Shown in pieces: positions 59,352-64,000 of a stretch of 64,000 bases of DNA. Within the stretch, counting starts at the first letter, position 1; every line of letters starts with the position of its first letter. This DNA is from Auanema rhodensis. Lineage: Eukaryota > Animalia > Nematoda. The DNA lies in the NCBI GenBank assembly GCA_964057225.1, contig OZ059894.1, forward strand, positions 15,624,001 through 15,688,000. Reading direction: 5' to 3'. The notes below the pieces were generated by a model. It saw only the letters and a list, made by a program, of their open reading frames with translations, made no database searches and was not told where the DNA came from. A program made the position numbers and the translations under genes.

Positions 59352-60686
59352 GATCCACCGACCTCTGGGTTATGGGCCCAGCACGCTTCCACTGCGCCAC
59401 GCTGCTTCGAATGTGGCATACACCGAGGTGTATGATGAATTCTGAATCGGTAAAACCAAAAATCAAAAAATTGATGTATTAGATTTCTGGAATTGGTAAA
59501 ACACTAGCAGCGAGTGGTTTCGATCCACCGACCTCTGGGTTATGGGCCCAGCACGCTTCCACTGCGCCACGCTGCTTCGAATGTGGCATACACCGAGGTG
59601 TATGATGAATTCTGAATCGGTAAAACCAAAAAATCAATAAATTGATGTATTAGATTTCTGGAATTGGTAAAACACTAGCAGCGAGTGGTTTCGATCCACC
59701 GACCTCTGGGTTATGGGCCCAGCACGCTTCCACTGCGCCACGCTGCTTTGAATGTGGCATACACCGAGGTGTATGATGAATTCTAAATCGGTAGAACCAA
59801 AAAATCAAAAAATTGATTAATTAAATTCCTGGAATCGATAAAACAATAGCAGCGAGTGGTTTCGATCCACCGACCTCTGGGTTATGGGCCCAGCACGCTT
59901 CCACTGCGCCACGCTGCTTCGAATTCAGCAAACACCGAGGTGTATGATGAATTCAGAATCGGTAAAACCAAAAAATCAAAAAATTGATGAATTAGATTTC
60001 TGGAATTGGTAAAACACTAGCAGCGAGTGGTTTCGATCCACCGACCTCTGGGTTATGGGCCCAGCACGCTTCCACTGCGCCACGCTGCTTCGAATGTGGC
60101 ATACACCGAGGTGTATGATGAATTCTGAATCGGTAAAACCAAAAAATCAATAAATTGATGTATTAGATTTCTGGAATTGTTAAAACACTAGCAGCGAGTG
60201 GTTTCGATCCACCGACCTCTGGGTTATGGGCCCAGCACGCTTCCACTGCGCCACGCTGCTTTGAATGTGGCATACACCGAGGTGTATGATGAATTCTGAA
60301 TCGGTAAAACCAAAAAATCAAAAAATTGATGAATTAGATTTCTGGAATTGGTAAAACACTAGCAGCGAGTGGTTTCGATCCACCGACCTCTGGGTTATGG
60401 GCCCAGCACGCTTCCACTGCGCCACGCTGCTTCGAATGTGGCATACACAGAGGTGTATGATGAATTCTGAATCGGTAAAACCAAAAAATCAAAAAATTGA
60501 TGAATTAGATTTCTGGAATCGGTAAAACACTAGCAGCGAGTGGTTTCGATCCACCGACCTCTGGGTTATGGGCCCAGCACGCTTCCACTGCGCCACGCTG
60601 CTTCGAATGTGGCATACACCGAGGTGTATGATGAATTCTGAATCGGTAGAACCAAAATATCAAAAAATTGATTAATTAAATTCCTG

Positions 60687-62862
60687 GAAAAAAAGTAATT
60701 AATTCAGAAAGAGGAGGATGGGAGCAAGATAAAATAGTCTTCATTTTACGGTGAAAAGATTCAACATTATTAGATGTACGAAACTGTTTTATGTCCCATT
60801 TGCTCCAATAATGTCGCACAGGTCCTTCAATCCATGTTTCATTCACATAACTGATCATTTGAAGACAAGAAGAATATGATGGATGATCAGAAGAAACGGG
60901 AGAATTGAGTATCCCGGACCGTGAGATAAGATCAGTTTGAAGGAAGAGCAAGCCCAGCAGCCGACCATGCCATTGTTTGATTTCAATGGATTGCTTCTCT
61001 GCTTGTGTCAAACCCAGTTGAAGAAACCGTCTGTTCAAGCTCTGAGCATAATGAAATACACATCCTTGAACAGAATTAAAAATAGTTTCAGCTTCCCTTA
61101 TTACAGCGATCTCAAAATCACAGATAAAAATAAGGTTTTCAACTATGCAACCAACGTTGGAGAGAGCTAGTGCAATATGTTGAAGAAGCCTTCTATAAGT
61201 GAACCTACTCTTATTTTTTAAAATGGAATAGAAAAGAGGTACAGTTGTTCCATTTCTGCAACCGCCCATGATGGTATATGTTTGTTCCATATCCAAAGGC
61301 TGGTATTTGAAACAACCGTCCCCAAGCAAATGAGTTAAACCATTCTGAACAGCTAGTTCCAAACAAAATGTATCAAAATACAAATGAAACTCGCTGTCAT
61401 GAAAATGCAAGAACGTACGACCATTGATAGTTTTAGACAAAGACAGAGGAACATTGGTCATGGATGTTCTTAAGTCTTTACGAGAACTTAAAGCCCTTGT
61501 AATAGCTCTACGTCTACTATCATAGCCACCATGAAACCAAGCAGAGGAAACTTCTTGCTTTTCATGCTCTTCTAACTCAGATTCATGAAATATTTATTTT
61601 ATTTCATTGACAAATAAGGAATATGCTTTCATCTCAAAACATGAGTCTGAACTTTTAATATTCTGAGTTAGAGAGTATGTGATATTTTTGCATTTGTTAA
61701 TAGAAAACAAAAATGGATCACAATGATGGTTTTGAGCAACAGGATTTTCGAGAAATACATTATTTTCTACTTTGATAGAAGTGTATTTACCCAAATGTTT
61801 ACAACCCGTGCAACGATAAATAGAATAAGTTTTTTGAGAACTTTTACTACTGAATTGGTAGCGATACAGCAAGTTTTCAAATTTATATTCTAAACAGGGG
61901 TGTACACCTTGCTTAGAAGGCGAAATGAGAGCGGCGTATGAGTTAGGATTTGTAGATTGCGAAGAAAATGAAGAAGAAGGAGAGGGAACAGAAGAAGAAG
62001 GAGAGGGAACAGAAGAAGAAGGAGAGAGAACAGGTAAAGAAGGAGAGAGAACAGGTAAAGAAGGAGAGGAAACAGAAGGAGGAGAAGAAGAAAGAGAAGA
62101 TGACGGTGAAGAATGAACGGCAAAAGAAGAAGAAGAAGAAGGCTGAATAGAAAGATGTGAAGTAGAAGAAGAGAACAGTGGAACGCTGTTGACAGTAGGA
62201 ACAGTAACTGTAGCAACAGATTCAACTGAAGAAGATGCCGCAGATGAATTTGCTAGAGAAAGAGCAGAAGCAAAATTAACATTTTGCTGCCTCAATGGAG
62301 GGATATTGAAAGATGGAAGAATGAAATTCAAAAATGAGAGTGAAGTTACATCATTTGAATAAACTTCAAGATTCTGAGTATTTACCGAAGAATTATTGAA
62401 AAAGATAGCTATGTTCTCCGAAGGAACATTATCAAAAGGCTGAGAAACAAGAACAAATTTACCCTGAGCGTTAATCATCAGAGAAAAAGGACAGAAAGTA
62501 GAAGGAAAAATCATGATGAACGAGAAAAGATGAGAAAGTGTGAATAAGCAAACTTATCGAAAGAAAAGATAAACTAACAACTATTACAATGAACTCACGT
62601 AACTGTTGACTTGAAACTGTTTGATGATAGCCTGGTTGATAGAACTGTATATTTATTTTAATTTCTGCTTTTTTCAATTTATAATTTGATGGCACTTCAA
62701 GGTATGTAGCCACTTATATCTGACTTCTATAGATTTATAGCTTTAATAGCACCCCGAGTTACATGAACACTGACACTTGTCAGCACATTATCATAAAGTT
62801 TGCCCTCTAATGATCAGCCTGAACTAGTTCACAAACTAGAGACGACGAAACGTCCGCCACCC
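60687..62862 (-). mobile_element. MULE copy 2, inverted, 3'-truncated, with a nonsense mutation
   Basis: Near-identical reverse complement of about 56752-58882. The intact TIR ends at 62862 against tRNA nt 23. An AAA>TAA stop lies at 61594-61596. About 470 bp including the second TIR is missing. Confidence 0.93.
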
Positions 62863-62885
62863 CGCTTCCACTGCGCCACGCTGCT
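62863..62885 (-). pseudogene. 5' remnant (nt 1-23) of the tRNA-iMet copy hit by MULE copy 2
   Basis: CGCTTCCACTGCGCCACGCTGCT directly follows the TIR. Confidence 0.9.
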
Positions 62886-63559
62886 TCGAATTTAGCAAAC
62901 ACCGAGGTGTATGATGAATTCTGAATCGGTAAAACCAAAAAATCAAAAAATTGATGAATCAGATTTCTGGAATCGGTAAAAACCTAGCAGCGAGTGGTTT
63001 CGATCCACCGACCTCTGGGTTATGGGCCCAGCACGCTTCCACTGCGCCACGCTGCTTCGAATTTAGCAAACACCGAGGTGTATGATGAATTCTGAATCGG
63101 TAAAACCAAAAAATCAAAAAATTGATGAATTAGATTTCTGGAATTGGTAAAACACTAGCAGCGAGTGGTTTCGATCCACCGACCTCTGGGTTATGGGCCC
63201 AGCACGATTCCACTGCGCCATGCTGCTTCGAATTTAGCATACACCGAGGTGTTTGATGAATTCTGAATCGGTAAAACCAAAAAATCGAAAAATTGATAAA
63301 TTAGAATTCTGGAATCGGTAAAACACCGTTACATATTGTTTCTTCCAGCCCTTTCATGGTCGGAAGATATCTGTACTTTTACCTTGTTGCTTAGGTAGGC
63401 AGACTCGAACGCCCCGATTTCCTTATTAAGACAAATATTTAAAGAGAAAAGGATTCATTATCAGTTAACAAGAAAATACAATAAAAGAATTACATTAAGA
63501 AAGAATATAAAAAGATATAATAAAGTATTAAATAGAGTATATATACATATATATATATA

Positions 63560-64000
63560 CAGTCATGTGCAAAAAACCTCGGACAACTTTTAGAATCCCT
63601 TATACCTTCTCAGACAAACTACAAAAATTCAGAAAAAATATATTTTGGGTGTTAAAAAACGATAATGAATTCAGAAAAAATCTTAAAAATTTTAAAAATC
63701 ATGTTTAAAAGTATTTTTTGGAGTCTCCGAAATTTTCATAAACTGCTAGAAGTCTTCTTTCTTGAATTTCAGAAGTTTCATTAAGATTTCAGAAATAATT
63801 TTTTGATAGAATGTTAGGAGTACACTAAACGTCAATTTTTCTTTTAAACGGGAGAATTTGGTTGTACGTAAACCAAGTTCTCTTCATAGATATTCAGTAA
63901 GATTCAGATGCTGAAGCTTACTTGTTTGAAGCTATGCCATAGGAAAAACTTAGTTATTGATCGAGCTTTGTGCTAAGAATCATTTTAAAATATTTCGAAT
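63560..64000. mobile_element. Possible left end of a Tc1/mariner-type element or MITE
   Basis: TA followed by CAGTCATGTGCAAAAAACCTCGGACA resembles Tc1-class TIR starts. The partner end is not in the window. Confidence 0.25.

Larger units (their letters stand above)
36795..63326 (-). repeat. Tandem array of 171-bp units, each containing one initiator tRNA-Met gene (about 79 units, interrupted by three transposon insertions)
   Basis: tRNA 3' ends recur at 36844, 37015, 37186 and so on (period 171). Full-length copies: 49 before the LTR element, 17 between it and MULE-1, 7 between the MULEs and 2 after. There are also 3 interrupted copies and 1 truncated copy. Confidence 0.97.

Noticed and set aside
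57389-62225. Leu-rich and Glu/Lys-rich ORFs in the MULE copies
   Set aside because: Alternative-frame readings of the TCT-rich Ser/Pro repeat.
36795-63326. CRISPR array
   Set aside because: The spacers are near-identical rather than unique, the repeat is a eukaryotic tRNA gene, there are no cas genes, and the host is a eukaryote.
36795-63326. tRNA-derived SINE array
   Set aside because: The tRNA is complete and exact with an immediate oligo-T terminator. There is no SINE body, poly(A) tail or per-unit TSD.

Overview
AT-rich animal genomic DNA, almost certainly nematode (introns of about 45 nt with TTTCAG/TTTTAG acceptors, and recognisable ssu-1, erg-28 and nematode-type globin genes). The left 36.7 kb holds eight spliced host genes: an ankyrin protein, dtd1, ssu-1, a single-pass EGSG membrane protein, erg-28, a globin, a CTIF/MIF4GD-like protein and a SPATA7-like protein. 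About 36.8-63.3 kb is a head-to-tail array of a 171-bp unit, each carrying one initiator tRNA-Met gene on the minus strand. By coordinate arithmetic there are about 79 units: 75 full length, 3 broken by transposons and 1 partly deleted. Three elements have landed in the array, all inside tRNA coding sequence. One is an intact 8.3-kb BEL/Pao LTR element with a phlebovirus-like Gn/Gc envelope. One is an intact 2.6-kb Mutator-like (MULE) DNA transposon. The third is an inverted, truncated second copy of that MULE. The LTR element and the intact MULE share exactly the same junction in the tRNA T-arm/B-box. The LTR also carries a segment complementary to the D-arm of its likely primer, tRNA-Gly. 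All family assignments come from motif recognition by eye; no database search was run.
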